Source of the DNA: Octopus vulgaris | Lineage: Eukaryota | Length of the DNA stretch: 64,000 nt | Direction of reading: 5' to 3' | Assembly (NCBI GenBank): GCA_951406725.2 | Contig: OX597823.1 | Coordinates: 38,192,001-38,256,000, forward strand | In this document: in pieces, positions 40,670 through 53,356 of the stretch | Numbering within the stretch: position 1 is the stretch's first letter | Layout: each line of letters begins with the position of its first letter | The notes under the pieces: model-generated | Told to the model about the DNA's origin: nothing | What the model saw: the letters and a program-made list of their open reading frames with translations, nothing else | Database searches by the model: none | Position numbers and translations under genes: made by a program

Positions 40670-41371
40670 AACATCAGAGAATTCCCAAACATCAAAAGGG
40701 GTAGATACAAAAGAGGTTGTAAGATTAGCTGCATTGAAGAAAGTTCGATTCGTGGAGATCCGATGAAAGGTTTTAAAGCTATAGAATTTATGCATGTCTA
40801 CATATAGCTCATATTGAATATTTGATCAAGTTGTGTGAAGAAATTTTCGGATACAGTCATGCAAAATTTCTGAAAATCCCGCTACAATATAAGACTGTCA
40901 TTTTGCTTCTCATTTGGATTCCCTGATATTTTTCGCATGATTGTACCCTAAATCTCTTCACAAAACTGGATTATGAACTATAAGGACATACACATATTTT
41001 GTAAGTTCAAGACTTTTTCATCGGATCTCCAAAAAATCGAACTTATCTGCGATTCTTGTAAATGTCAATAACAATCTGTTCCTCTACACGATATGACAGT
41101 CACTTTGCTTTTACTCAGACTTTCCTCTACATGATATGGCAGTCACTTTGCCTCTTACTCGGATTTTCAGAAATTTTGCATGACTGTATCCGAAAATTTC
41201 TTCACACAACTTGATCAAATATTCAATATGAGCTATATGTAGACATGCATAAATTCTATAGCTTTAAAACCTTTCATCGGATCTCCACGAATCGAACTTT
41301 CTTCAATGCAGCTAATCTTACAACCTCTTTTGTATCTACCCCTTTTGATGTTTGGGAATTCTCTGATGTTT

Positions 41372-41459
41372 TTTCGGCTGACGAGTACGAGCCATCTGTA
41401 TTCACTGCATTTTTTGTAGCTTATTAAAGATGTCCTCGTACGAAACGATCGTACCGAGA
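41372..41459 (+). ncRNA. Type I hammerhead ribozyme
   Basis: Stem I tttcgg/ccgaga; core CTGACGA (41378-84); stem II gtacgag/ctcgtac; GAAA (41442-45); palindromic stem III ACGATCGT; GTA cleavage triplet ending 41453. Confidence 0.9.
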
Positions 41460-41607
41460 TTTTAATCCATTCTTGTTGCTTTTTTCCTATTTGTAATCAC
41501 CCCACTTGTCGTATGGTTAACACCATATAGATTTCCGGTGCATCCTAGTTAAGGACCATATTCAAGTGAATTCTTTAGAATTCACTAGAATCTCAATTAC
41601 TTAACCG

Positions 41608-41826
<219 letters not shown>

Positions 41827-42368
41827 GTATTTGCTGGGGATTGCTGGGGAGGGTTAGCACCTATGGTCTTTGCAGTTATCCTAGACTGGTGAGATCAATA
41901 TCATTCATTAATGTTCTTTTAACAAAAGTTTAGGAAAGAAGGACTAAACATAGTAATTAGTGTAAGGCTTGGACAGGAGGGAGAGTGTTGGAGACAACAA
42001 AGATAATGAGAGGAGAAGAGACAAGTGGTTAGGGAAAACCTGAATGGAGCTCATGACGTGCACCCAGACTGTCTCAAGGAGCAGAGGCCATTATAGTAGT
42101 GGTAGAAATAGCAGAGGGAGGATGATTGTGGCTAGGAAATCTTTGATCAAGGATGACATGTTGCAGTAATATTGATATGAAATATTTTGGTGATCAAAAC
42201 TGTGTAATCTGCATCATGTTTTGGTGGAGAATGTTGCTGGGAAATTGCCATAAGTGATCATAGTTTATAGTGAGTTAGGGCTCCAAACACTAAGTGATCA
42301 TGTTGTAGTGATGGGTGGGAATAATGATGGCAGCAGTGGAGATGGAGTGGTGATAGTGGTGGTGGTTG

Positions 42369-42400
<32 letters not shown>

Positions 42401-42608
42401 ATGATGATAATGGTGGTGATAGTGATGGTGATGGTGGTGCTGATTATGTGCCATATCTATCATTAAATGAACCGTACCTGACATTATTGCTTTTGGTACA
42501 GTGAAAAATTTGGTCCAGAGAAAATTGATTTTCCAATTGATTTTATTATAGACATTGTTTTACTTACTTCAATACATTACAAGTGTACACACATACACAC
42601 ACCTATAT

Positions 42609-42725
<117 letters not shown>

Positions 42726-42833
42726 CACACATATAAGATATATATATATTATGTATAACCCATGCTATCATGGAAAGTGGACGCTAAACGATGATGATGA
42801 TGACACACACACACATATATATATATATATAAT

Positions 42834-42984
42834 GCAGTTCTATATTTAAATGATGAGGAATTATGTGCATTATTTACATTTGAAGGATATTTCATCTTGT
42901 TTCGGATGATATACCCTCCAGCCTTCATCAGTTATCTTGAGGGAAATTTCAAACCTGAGTTCTCATTCCTAAGGTATTTTTTGA

Positions 42985-43073
<89 letters not shown>

Positions 43074-43315
43074 TCACTGCCTGGAATCAAACTTGGGATC
43101 TTGGCGTTAGTAGCCCAAGATTCCAAGTTCGATTCCAGGCAGTGTCCTGAATAATGATAATAATAATAATAATAATGATAATAATAATAATAATAATAAT
43201 AATAACATCGAAAAAGACCTTAGGAATGAGAACCCATGTTTGAAATTTCCCCAAGATACCTGATTAAGGCTGGAGTGAGGACAAACATCCATCAAATGTA
43301 AATAATGTAAATAAT
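42834..43315. mobile_element. Head-to-head pair of a tRNA-headed, (AAT)n-containing, HHR-bearing repeat
   Basis: Arms ~42869-43104 and ~43115-43307. B box GTTCGATTCC at 43127-36. Minus strand CTGATGA-a-ggctg...catcc-GAAA at 42931-42900. Confidence 0.75.
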
Positions 43316-43324
43316 ATATATATA

Positions 43325-43570
43325 TTCATCCTTTTACTCTTTTACTTCTTTCAGTCATTTGACTGCAGCCATGCTGAAGCACTGTTATAGAAATCAACCC
43401 CAGAACTTATTCTTTATAAGCCTAGTACTTATTCCATCAGTCTATTTTGCCGAACCACTAAGCTATGGCAACATAAACACACCAAAAGTGGTTGTCAAAT
43501 GATGGTGTGAGGACTTACACAAACACACAAATACATACATACATACAAACATATATATATACATATACAT

Positions 43571-43635
<65 letters not shown>

Positions 43636-44103
43636 AAATTACAGTCTTAAAGATATCGTTAAATTCCATGAATTAACAAGAAGAGTGAGATGGAAGGCTC
43701 TCTTCGATGATAAATAACAGAGTACAGAAGAGAACTTATCCAATAATACCAACGAGGAACTTACCAAAATTAGAAGCAATTTTAAATCTAGAAAAGTCCC
43801 CCCAGCAAACTGAAAATTAGAAAATTTTGAAGATAGTGTATGGAAACTACTTAAAAATATCAAATTTAAGAAAAACCATATATTAAAGTACAAATTCAAA
43901 GAGCTTAGTAAATTATATATATATATATATATTACATACATGCATACATACGAAGTGCTTCTTTCAGTTTCCCTCAAATAAATCCACTCACAAGGCTTTG
44001 GTCGGACCATGACTATAGAAGATACTTGCCCAAGGTGCCACACAGTGGGACTGAACCTGGAACCATGTGGTTGGAAAGCAATCACACAGCCACTCCTGCA
44101 CCT
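43325..44103 (-). mobile_element. SINE family B (tRNA-like head, ccttgggcaag CORE-like motif, internal microsatellite)
   Basis: Head 44103-43955, tail 43525-43325. Other copies at ~21138, 25745, 30255, 34180, 50350, 51698-52838, 57840-58420, 59935, 61688-62110 and 62555-62965. Confidence 0.8.
43634..43914 (+). mobile_element. Naiad-type Penelope-like ORF N-terminal fragment
   Basis: NYSLKDI...RRVRWKALF...FKSRKVPPAN*KLENFEDSVWKLLKNIKFKK. Confidence 0.75.
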
Positions 44104-44249
44104 ATAAATATATATACATATATATATATATATATACAAATATATATGTATACATGTATGTATGTGTGCGTGCATACATGTGTGTATGTGTGTATTTGAG
44201 TAGAAATGCAGAAATAATAGAAACATTAGTTGGCTCATATTCCACGAGG

Positions 44250-44925
44250 GTGATCCCACCAAGGGAAAATCTGGCATTGTCAGAGGCAGATCCAGCTGGT
44301 TTCCTCGAATGTTTCCTAAACCAGGATGAGTGTTAGATTCATCACTTTGAGTCAAAGACAAAGAAGCAATCAATGTAGTGGGAAACCCTACCTCACCTGT
44401 TTCAAAGAAAACCAAGGTTGTTTCATCTGCAGGAAAAGTGATGGACTCTGTTTTTTGGGGGGTATGTAAAAGGCATTGTGTTTAACTATCTTTGAAAGGG
44501 CCACACTATCAATGGAGAATACTATGCAAACTTGCTGAGGCAGTTATCAAAGGCTATCAAGAACAAACACCAGGAAAACTGACAAAAAGGGCCTTGTTTC
44601 TTCAGCACAATGCTCCAACACACAAGTCCTTGGTTTCAATGGCTGCTCTGCATGACTGTGGCTTTGAACTGGTTGATCAGCCTCCCTATTTTCCCAATTT
44701 GCTCCCATCTGACTATCATTTGTTCCCCAACATAAAAAAAAAACACTTGGCTGGGAACCAGTATTGCAGTGATGAGGACAACATATCTACTGTTGATGAC
44801 TTTTTTGACCAACAGGATGACAGCTCCTTCACCAATGAGATCCAAGTACTGCAACACTGATGGAAGGAATGTGTGGACTGCTAGAGGGACTATGTTGAAA
44901 AGTAAACCTCATTTGGTCACATTCC
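44250..44925 (+). mobile_element. mariner (DD34D) transposase catalytic-domain remnant
   Basis: SAGKVM; HNAPTHKS; QPPYFPNLLPSDYHLFP; GDYVEK*. Confidence 0.92.
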
Positions 44926-46305
44926 AATAATACCCCACCATATTATAGGCACAGTTAATTTTCCTAATCTATGTGATTGCAGAGATAAAAATACTTGTGA
45001 ACTCTTGAATAAATGTAAAACTAAAAATGTAATCTACCAATGTGACTTATTCTCCAATAATTACAAGAAAATTTATATAGGAGCAACTAAAAATGAAATG
45101 AAACTTAGATATAATTCTCATTGCTCAAGTTTCAGAAAGAGAAGTAAGACTAACTCTTCCGTATTAAGTAGTTACATCTAGGAACTGAAAGATAATAACA
45201 TTAATTATAGATTAGGATGGCGTATCCTAGCCAAAACATCTTCATAAAACCTTAAAAATAATCGCTGTAATTTATGCATAAATGAGAAAGTCTTAATTTT
45301 AATGGCCAAATCAGAATTACTTAATAAACGAGACAAGAAAAATATTGCATGTTTACATAGAGATAAATTCTTATTCTGTAAATACTGCTAATACCTACAT
45401 TATAGGTTATTAGCTGACCTGCCTAACATCTGATTACTTACCCTAAACCCCTCCCCCTCAATACAGAGCATAATTTAACATCACATCACAATTAAATTAA
45501 ATCAAATTATCCCAATTAACTGAATTATCTATCTTACATTCTACGATGTACACCAGGACATAAAATACTCTATAATATATTCACTTTAAAGTTAGATCGC
45601 TGACTAACATACCAATTGCTAGGGCAGCCACTGACATAAACATTATTAAATGAGTGATTTAGGTTGTCCTAGCTGACTGTATTGGTTTTTAATTATATTA
45701 ATGAGTAGATAGATAGCACCACACATAGCAACATATTATTTTTATTTATATATTTTATTATTATACCTTTTACGTAACCCAAATTTATACATTATATCAC
45801 ACTAACTTTTTAAAAGCATCCTTAGGTTTTAACAAGGGGATTATGTGTAATCATAGGGACTTATCTAGCAGTCACAAACAGCGTTATATATTACAATTAA
45901 CAACACCAGATATTAATACCAGGTACAACACCTTTGACTAACACTGCCGGTCAACTAGTCATTTCCCCCACTTATTTCTCCATTCATCTAACTGAAGAAA
46001 TGTACACACCCGTGGAATCCAAAAAGGGCACAAAAATGTAAGCCTAAAAACTTAATGAACTTTTTCCTTTTTTCCTTTTCTCCTTTTCCTTTCCATTTCC
46101 CTTTTTCTCCTATCTATATTTCTCCAATAAACTCTAAATCATTCTGATGATGTTTGTTAAATGGAACAAGATAAATGCAAATTTACTTTGAAATAACAAA
46201 CTCAAACAGCAGTAAATGTTCTTGAACTACAGTTAAACTATGACCTTTTAATGCCATTGATCAACTTGTAATTGTTAATTGTTTCTCCATTTCTTTTCTT
46301 ATCTG
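44926..46305 (+). mobile_element. Naiad-type Penelope-like element: GIY-YIG endonuclease plus 3' pLTR
   Basis: CDCRDKNTC (CxCx5C linker), NVIYQC...IYIGAT...LRYNSH...CNLCINEK...LLNKR...CLHR (44972-45391, two internal stops). HHR remnant at 46140-46218. Ends in TA repeats. Confidence 0.88.
46140..46218 (+). ncRNA. Decayed type I hammerhead ribozyme
   Basis: catt-CTGATGA-tgtttgtta...taacaaact-CAAA-cagcag-TA-aatg. GAAA has become CAAA. Confidence 0.7.
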
Positions 46306-47753
46306 TATATATACATATATATAAAATTGTTAAAGAGGACAACAAACGTTTTATATATCTGCTATATCGGAAGTCTGCAATAGCTCCATAATTACTGTTT
46401 CGGCTATAACTTTGGAACTTTGGTAATCTGTTACAACACTTACCTAGTGTACCTAATTGTTTAGATCAACTGTGAACTAAACTTCCATATTTTGTATATA
46501 TATATATATTAAAAATGTGAAAGGCTGGTTTATGGCATTACCTTAGGTTTCCTGTCCATGAAGTGTTTAGCTTTATGGCATATTGTCAGATCCCAAACAC
46601 CTGTTGGCCCATGACCTCTTAAAATATGGAGGGGCAAATGCCTCACTACTCAAAGTTAACAAGTGGGGATTATCTCTATTGCTAATGACCATCAACTTCT
46701 GGCTGTGCCGCCATCTTACAGGCTCCAAAAGGCTAGCAGGAACTTCCTGAAATGTAAACATGGCCCGAAAATCTCTGTTCTGGAGATTTTTGAAGTGAAA
46801 TTTCTGGGTAAAGTGCTGGTTAAGAAGTGCACAATACCCCGAAATAAGGAGACCCTACAGTTCGAATGCTGGAAGTTATTCAAGACATTTGCCAAAAGAT
46901 TACTTGAAGTTCAAAGATGTCAACATGTAAATTGGCACAGCAGTCTCACATAAGCAGGAGGTCATGCCAAAGTCTAAAGTTGAAGCCATATCATTTCACA
47001 TGTGTACAGCAATTAAAAGTGGATGACTAGAGCACACAGGTTTCTGAATAGCAATTACAAGCAGCTAAAATAGCACAATGACAATTGCAAACAAAAGGCT
47101 GGGTGTTTTTTTTGTGTGTAAATTTATTTCTGTATTTACACAATGCAATGAACTTCAGGGACATGCACATAAATAGGTAACTAGATACTTAGGCAGATAA
47201 TTTATACATACATATATATATTTACTTGAGTCTAAGAGACCTTAAGTCAGGGAGAATATGCACTCATATAACTGTTGGTATGCACTACACTTTACACATC
47301 ACTTTATGCATCACATATTACATCACATTACGCATTAAACATTTCACACCACACAGTAATATGTAAAAAAAAAACCCCACATAACTTTATCCTTTACATG
47401 CACCATGCACCCCACCCCCACAGAGAAACCACACATTTTTATACAATCCTTCTCAACTTCACAATTTCCTTCTGCCAACTCAGCAGCAAACTTAATCAAG
47501 GGGCATAACTCATAACTGACTCTCCTGGAACATTTTTATCCTACCACCTTTACACAGCAGATGCTGACTGGTCATGCTCATTTCCACCTCCAGCAGTGGA
47601 GAGTGGTCGCCATTTCCCCTCCCATGTTGGCTATTTCTGATGCGCATATATTATATAACTGGTTTGTGGCTTAACACTCCATTATATAGTTTCACACAAA
47701 ACTGATTGGTAAGACCAGCCGTGATGGATAATTAACACTATAAAATTCAGACA

Positions 47754-47796
<43 letters not shown>

Positions 47797-48920
47797 GGGA
47801 GAGAGATACATATATGTATATACATACATATATACATACAGTCACACACACATATGTACATATACTTTTGTGTGTGTGTGTGGTGTACAGGTGTGTATGT
47901 GCATGTGTGTGTATGTTTTTGCCTGTGTTTGTGTTTATTCCTCTGTCCACCACTCGACAACTGGTGCTGGCTTGTTTACATCTCTGCAACTTAGTGGTTC
48001 AGCAAGAGAGACCAATAAAATAAGCATCAAACTTTAAAAAAAAAAATCAAATACTGGATTTGATTTGTTCAGCTAAACTCTTCAAGGCAGTGCCCCAGCC
48101 AGGTGGCAGTCCAGTGACTGAAGCAAGTAAAAGATAAAAGATAACAAAATAGATATGTTATTAACAAGGAAATTTCCCCAAGATTTAGAGATTGACTGCA
48201 ATGTTATAGCAAAACTTCAAAATGAAAATAAGCATTAATAGTTTGGTATTTAAATTTCAAGAGTCATATTTGGAACATTTGTGAGAACAAATTCTGTTCC
48301 AATGTAGAATAACCTATAATTGTTCTGAGATGTAGGAATGTTGAAGAAAACAGACTTGCTGTTGCTTTGATGGAACATTGCCAACATTTGTTCAACTCAT
48401 AAATACATTAGTTACTGACTTGTGAACATAGTGCTTAAAGGAGTGCAAGTTCAGTTGTTAAAATATTCACTTCATTATAAATTTATAAGTTTCAACTTAG
48501 TTTCCCTTGAGTCGAGTTACGGAACTAATAAAGCATGAAATAGTTACTTTATTAACTAATATAAAAAATACCGTTTCCATTATAGTGTCATCTTTTAATT
48601 TGATATTTACAATATTCTATTTGTATTGAGTATGTTTGACTTTTTAATCCTCTTTCTTGTTAGAATGGCTGTTAATTTGGTAACAATTGCATGTATTATT
48701 GACTACTCTTCTGTTGAAGAATTGAAGAATTCTGGCTTATGTCTGCAACAATATGATGGTGTAGCAGTAAACTCTTAAGGAATTCGATCCACAACTGGTT
48801 TTAAATCACAACTGGAACTGCTCCATTACTAATGTCCTTGGGAAAGGCACAAATAACTCAACTTCCAAATGACCTTGTTTGTTCTTCTAGAATTAAAAAT
48901 AAAATTAAAAAGAATATATG

Positions 48921-48989
<69 letters not shown>

Positions 48990-50283
48990 CATATAGTTAT
49001 ATTTTATTGCATGTGTGTGTGTGTATGTGTGCATGCATGCATGTGTGTGCGTGTGTGCATGCATGAGTGTGTGTGTGCATGAGTGTGTGTGTGTGTGTGT
49101 CTTTCTGTATGTCTTTCAACTTACAGACAAAACAACACAGACTTTAAAAAAAGACTTTCATTTTAAACAATTTATGAAGGTTTGAGCATAATTAACGAAT
49201 ACTTTTACCAGTAGCATAGCAATGGGTAATGACCTAGTAATTATAATGCAACTTTTATCAAATTTCTTGATATTGATACAAAATCATGAAATTAATATTT
49301 AAAATTAAATTTAATAAAACAAAACAAAGATGTACATATTCATTCTTAATACATTCTGACAGATTTGAAAGTTAATTATGCTAATTACTGTCGTATTTTA
49401 TGTATGGAGAACAAATTTCTTATTTCTTATTTGTATAATTCATCCTATAAATACTCTCAATTATACCTCCTCCTCCTCTTTAAGATTATATCTTGCTGTG
49501 TGCATAGTGTTCTTTAAGTCATTGCCTGTCACTAAGCCTTGTATGTGCACTTGTCTTCCACCTCTTATGTTAATTTTCTCTGTATCAGTCTTTTACTCTC
49601 TCTCCCATTCTCTCTAAATGACTGGAGAAAACAACCACTAACCAACATTTGTATTGGCTAACATTATGCAGAGATGACTTGTAAATAATGGTTTATTACA
49701 TGGACATGATATAGCAAGTATCTTTAGTAGGATTATGTGTATTATTGTCTAGTTGTCCTTATTGGACAAATTGTCATTGTTGTTTAGCATCAAAGTCCTT
49801 CTTTACATAAAATGGTGGAGGTGTGATTTGAGGGCAATTTGACAGTCTGTGTAATTGAACAGTTCTCCACCAACACAGTAATAGAATGCAGTGGAGTTTA
49901 GTAATGATAAGCACTTAACAAGCTGAGCTTTTAACATTGTTCCAAGCTGTGGACATTTTACCTGCATATTTTCCTTCTAGAAATCTGAGGCTTTTGTGTT
50001 CGTTCAGTTATGTTCATTTTTCCATGCTAGTATGGGTTAGATGAATATGTCATTGAAGCATTGTTTTTCAACTGGATGCCCTTCCTGTCACTAACCTTAA
50101 TCTGGTTTTGAAGGTACAGAGTTACCTAATGATTTGTTCACAAGGAAAATGACAATAAATTTCACTGTTTGAATCTCAGCAATTTTTTCAGTGAAGCACA
50201 AATGTAAACATTCAAATAGATGCCTCATATATACGTACACCATGTACTTGCATACATACACATCCATACATCCACACATGCAT

Positions 50284-50337
<54 letters not shown>

Positions 50338-51442
50338 GATGCTCTGTACAGTTTCTGTCCACAAAAATCATTTACAAGGCATTATCAGTTGGCCCAAGAC
50401 AATTGTAGAAGACACGTGTCCAAGGTGCCACATTATAGGACTGAATCTGAAACTCTGTGATCATGAAGTGAACTTCTTAACCACGCAGCCTGTACATGCT
50501 CATGAGTAAGAAATCCAGTTGCCTATTCCTCTTCCAAATGCAAATTCTAGTGAAGGAAAATAAAATGGTAGAAATATTTAGTTTATATTATATAAAAAGG
50601 GTTGGTAAATTATCAAATGTAATAAAGGGTTAATAGATTAAGATTTTATTATATGTAATAAGAGTTAATAGATTAAGATTTTTTTCCTTATTCGCTAAGG
50701 GTTAATAAGTTGACTCTTTATAAATTAAATGCTTATCATGTATCATAAGGGTTAATACATTCGTCTGTTATAGAAGGTGGTGAGTTGGCAGAATCATTAG
50801 CACACCTGGTGAAATGCTTAGCAACATTTCATTTATCTTTATGTTCTGAATTCAAATTCTGCCAAGGTTGACTTTGCCTTTCATCCTTTCAGTCTTGATA
50901 AAATAAGTAACAATTGAGCACTGGATGGCAGGGGAAGGGGGGGGGGCAACGTAATCCCCTGAAGTTTTTGGCTTTTTGCCAAAATTTGAAACCTACACAT
51001 TAATATGCTATTATTTGTCCAAGTGACAAAACACGGGTGTTTTCAGTTAGATTCACATTACAAAAAATGCAGTTTAAGGTTTTCTGACACAAAAAATGTA
51101 GGTAGTTGTATAAATGATCTAAACTTTGTAAGTAGTCAGATAAATGTTATATTTAGATGAATATTGTTTAGGCCACTAAACACACTGTTTAGTTACAGTG
51201 TTATTTTGTTTAAATTTATACCTGTATATGTTTAATTTTGTAGAAGGGATTGTAGGGGACAAAATATGAAGATGATGCAATAACATCAAGGACTGGATGG
51301 GAGGACTCTGATGAAGTGTATGACTAGCATGAGAGCAGTGTAAGGTGAGGAGTGGGTACTGTGTCTGAGCCACAGGGAAAGATTTTGGCAGAGTGTGTGT
51401 GTGTGGGGGGGGTGTATTTTAGCAAGTTTTATATTATGGTTG

Positions 51443-51610
51443 GTTACAGAGTGACCATTGATTTCGCCCCTATGAAGTACTTAGCTGTGTAGGTGACTTG
51501 TCAGACTCAAATGGCCAAAAGCACATAACTTCTTGAATTCAGTGAGTAGCTTAAACTGCTAAGCGCTTTGTTGGTGCAAAACCAATGGTCACTTTCTGAA
51601 TGGCCGTAAC
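51443..51610. repeat. Small MITE-like inverted repeat
   Basis: agtgaccattgatttcgccc...tacttagc pairs imperfectly with gctaagcgc...caaaaccaatggtcact. Confidence 0.55.
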
Positions 51611-51840
51611 TTTTTACTTCTTAAAAATATATTACTGCTCTAATGCTTTAAAGTATGCTTCTTTTTCCGATGTATGAACTACCGACGATTTCTATATAGG
51701 TGCAAGAGTGGCTGTGTGGTAAGAAGCCTGCTTTCTAACCACATGGTTCTGGGTTCAGTCCTACTGTGTGGCACTTTGGGCAAATGACTTCTACTATAGC
51801 TTCAGGCTGACCAAAGCCTTGTGAAACTGAAAGAAGCCTG

Positions 51841-51877
<37 letters not shown>

Positions 51878-51884
<7 letters not shown>

Positions 51885-52429
51885 TAATATCAGGGTAAGA
51901 AAAAATTTTAGAAATTTTTACTACCAGTGGTCTTGAAAAATTATAATATATAAGCATGGAGCACATGCTGGATTGCCTCGTATTTATATGTTTAATCTAG
52001 GTATACCTGATGATGAAGACTTTACCTAGCAAATTATTTTATTTGCTAATTTAAAGTCAGAAACCATGGTCCGGGAAATAGATGGTAAATGTTTTTATTT
52101 TTCATTCTCTTCGAAATTTATCCACAATAGTGGTTTGGATTTTGGCTATTCCTTCTAGTGTGCCAGGTATCCTATGATTGATACCTCTTATGTGTTTAAA
52201 TGTAGACAGTATTTATATGAATAATATATAGTCTATTGACTAATTTTTCTACATGCTAGGCCACTGGTAGTAAAAATTTCTAAAATTTTTTCTTACCCTG
52301 ATATTATTAATTATTGATAAATTTTCTGTCAAATTTTCAAAGTAACACCGACATTATTTTATATGCTGCCGATAAAAAACTGCGCTTGCACGGTGGATTT
52401 GAAAAATTATAATATATAAGCACTGTATT

Positions 52430-52430
<1 letters not shown>
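51878..52430 (+). mobile_element. TA-embedded HHR-bearing unit with terminal redundancy and inverted 5' arm
   Basis: Inverted arms 51878-51930 and 52261-52313. 24-bp direct repeat at 51933-51956 and 52399-52422. HHR-like motif at 52006-52075. Confidence 0.75.
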
Positions 52431-52460
<30 letters not shown>

Positions 52461-52604
52461 GTATAAGGAAAAATAAGAAAAGACAATATCGCATCTTACA
52501 ACTGTTTCTATTTGCACTATTTTGGGCATAATCAGTAATTCATTGGATACAAATATCCCTTAGACAGTTTTTATAACCTCTAACTGAACTCACCTATATA
52601 TATA

Positions 52605-52635
<31 letters not shown>

Positions 52636-52863
52636 TTGTGCATCTATGTTTGTCACTCCACTATCACTTGACAACCAATATTGGTGTCTTGTTTAAATCC
52701 CTGTAACTTAGTGGTTCAGCAAAGAGATCAATAGAATAAGTACTAGTCTTACAAAGAATAAGTCCTGAGGTTGGTTCCTTTGACTAAAGGCGGTGCTCAA
52801 ACATGGCCACAGTCAAATGAGTGAAACAAATAAAAGAATATATGTATACACACACATGCATAT

Positions 52864-52896
<33 letters not shown>

Positions 52897-53356
52897 AGGT
52901 TTATTACATGGATAGGTATGAGATATGTGGCCTTATAGTTCGGGTACTAGATTTACAATAGCAAGATGATGGTTTTGATTCCCAAATTGGTGCATTGTGT
53001 TCTTGAGTAACACACCTTATTTCATATTGTTCAGTGATCACTTTGAACAGAAAATGTCATTTTGATGGAGGGAGTGAGCTAATGTACAGCACACACGTTT
53101 GATAAATTTAAACAAATCATCCATGCAAATTGTTCAGCAAGAAGTTGCACAGTTCTCATCTGTTGTATACAGTAAAAGGGTCCACAAAATGACAAGCATC
53201 TTTTCAGTTTCTTTCAGCTTTGGCCATCCCAGGGCTATAGTAGAGAACACTTGCCAAAGGTGCCATGCAGCAGGATGGAACCCAAAACAAGGTGGTTAGA
53301 ACAAACTTCTCAATGCCTGCATATACACATACACATACACATACATACATACATTA

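Larger units (their letters stand above)
40551..41607 (+). mobile_element. Young TA-embedded non-coding fold-back element (Penelope pLTR / retrozyme-like)
   Basis: Inverted arms 40551-40879 and 41161-41490 appear to differ by one indel. 281-bp spacer and 117-bp 3' tail. TA-rich microsatellite on both sides. Confidence 0.88.

Noticed and set aside
43811-45391. Selenocysteine recoding, as known for some Naiad elements
   Set aside because: The endonuclease Cys positions are TGT/TGC and its internal stops are TAG and TAA. The single TGA at 43811 does not look like a Cys position, and no SECIS was recognised.
48660-48780. Acceptor-like site followed by ATG ORF (MAVNLVT...QQYDG)
   Set aside because: The ORF is short and stop-terminated, and the QYDG motif suggests a hAT fossil rather than a host exon.
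51300-51385. ctgatga at ~51308
   Set aside because: No paired stems or correctly placed GAAA/NUH.
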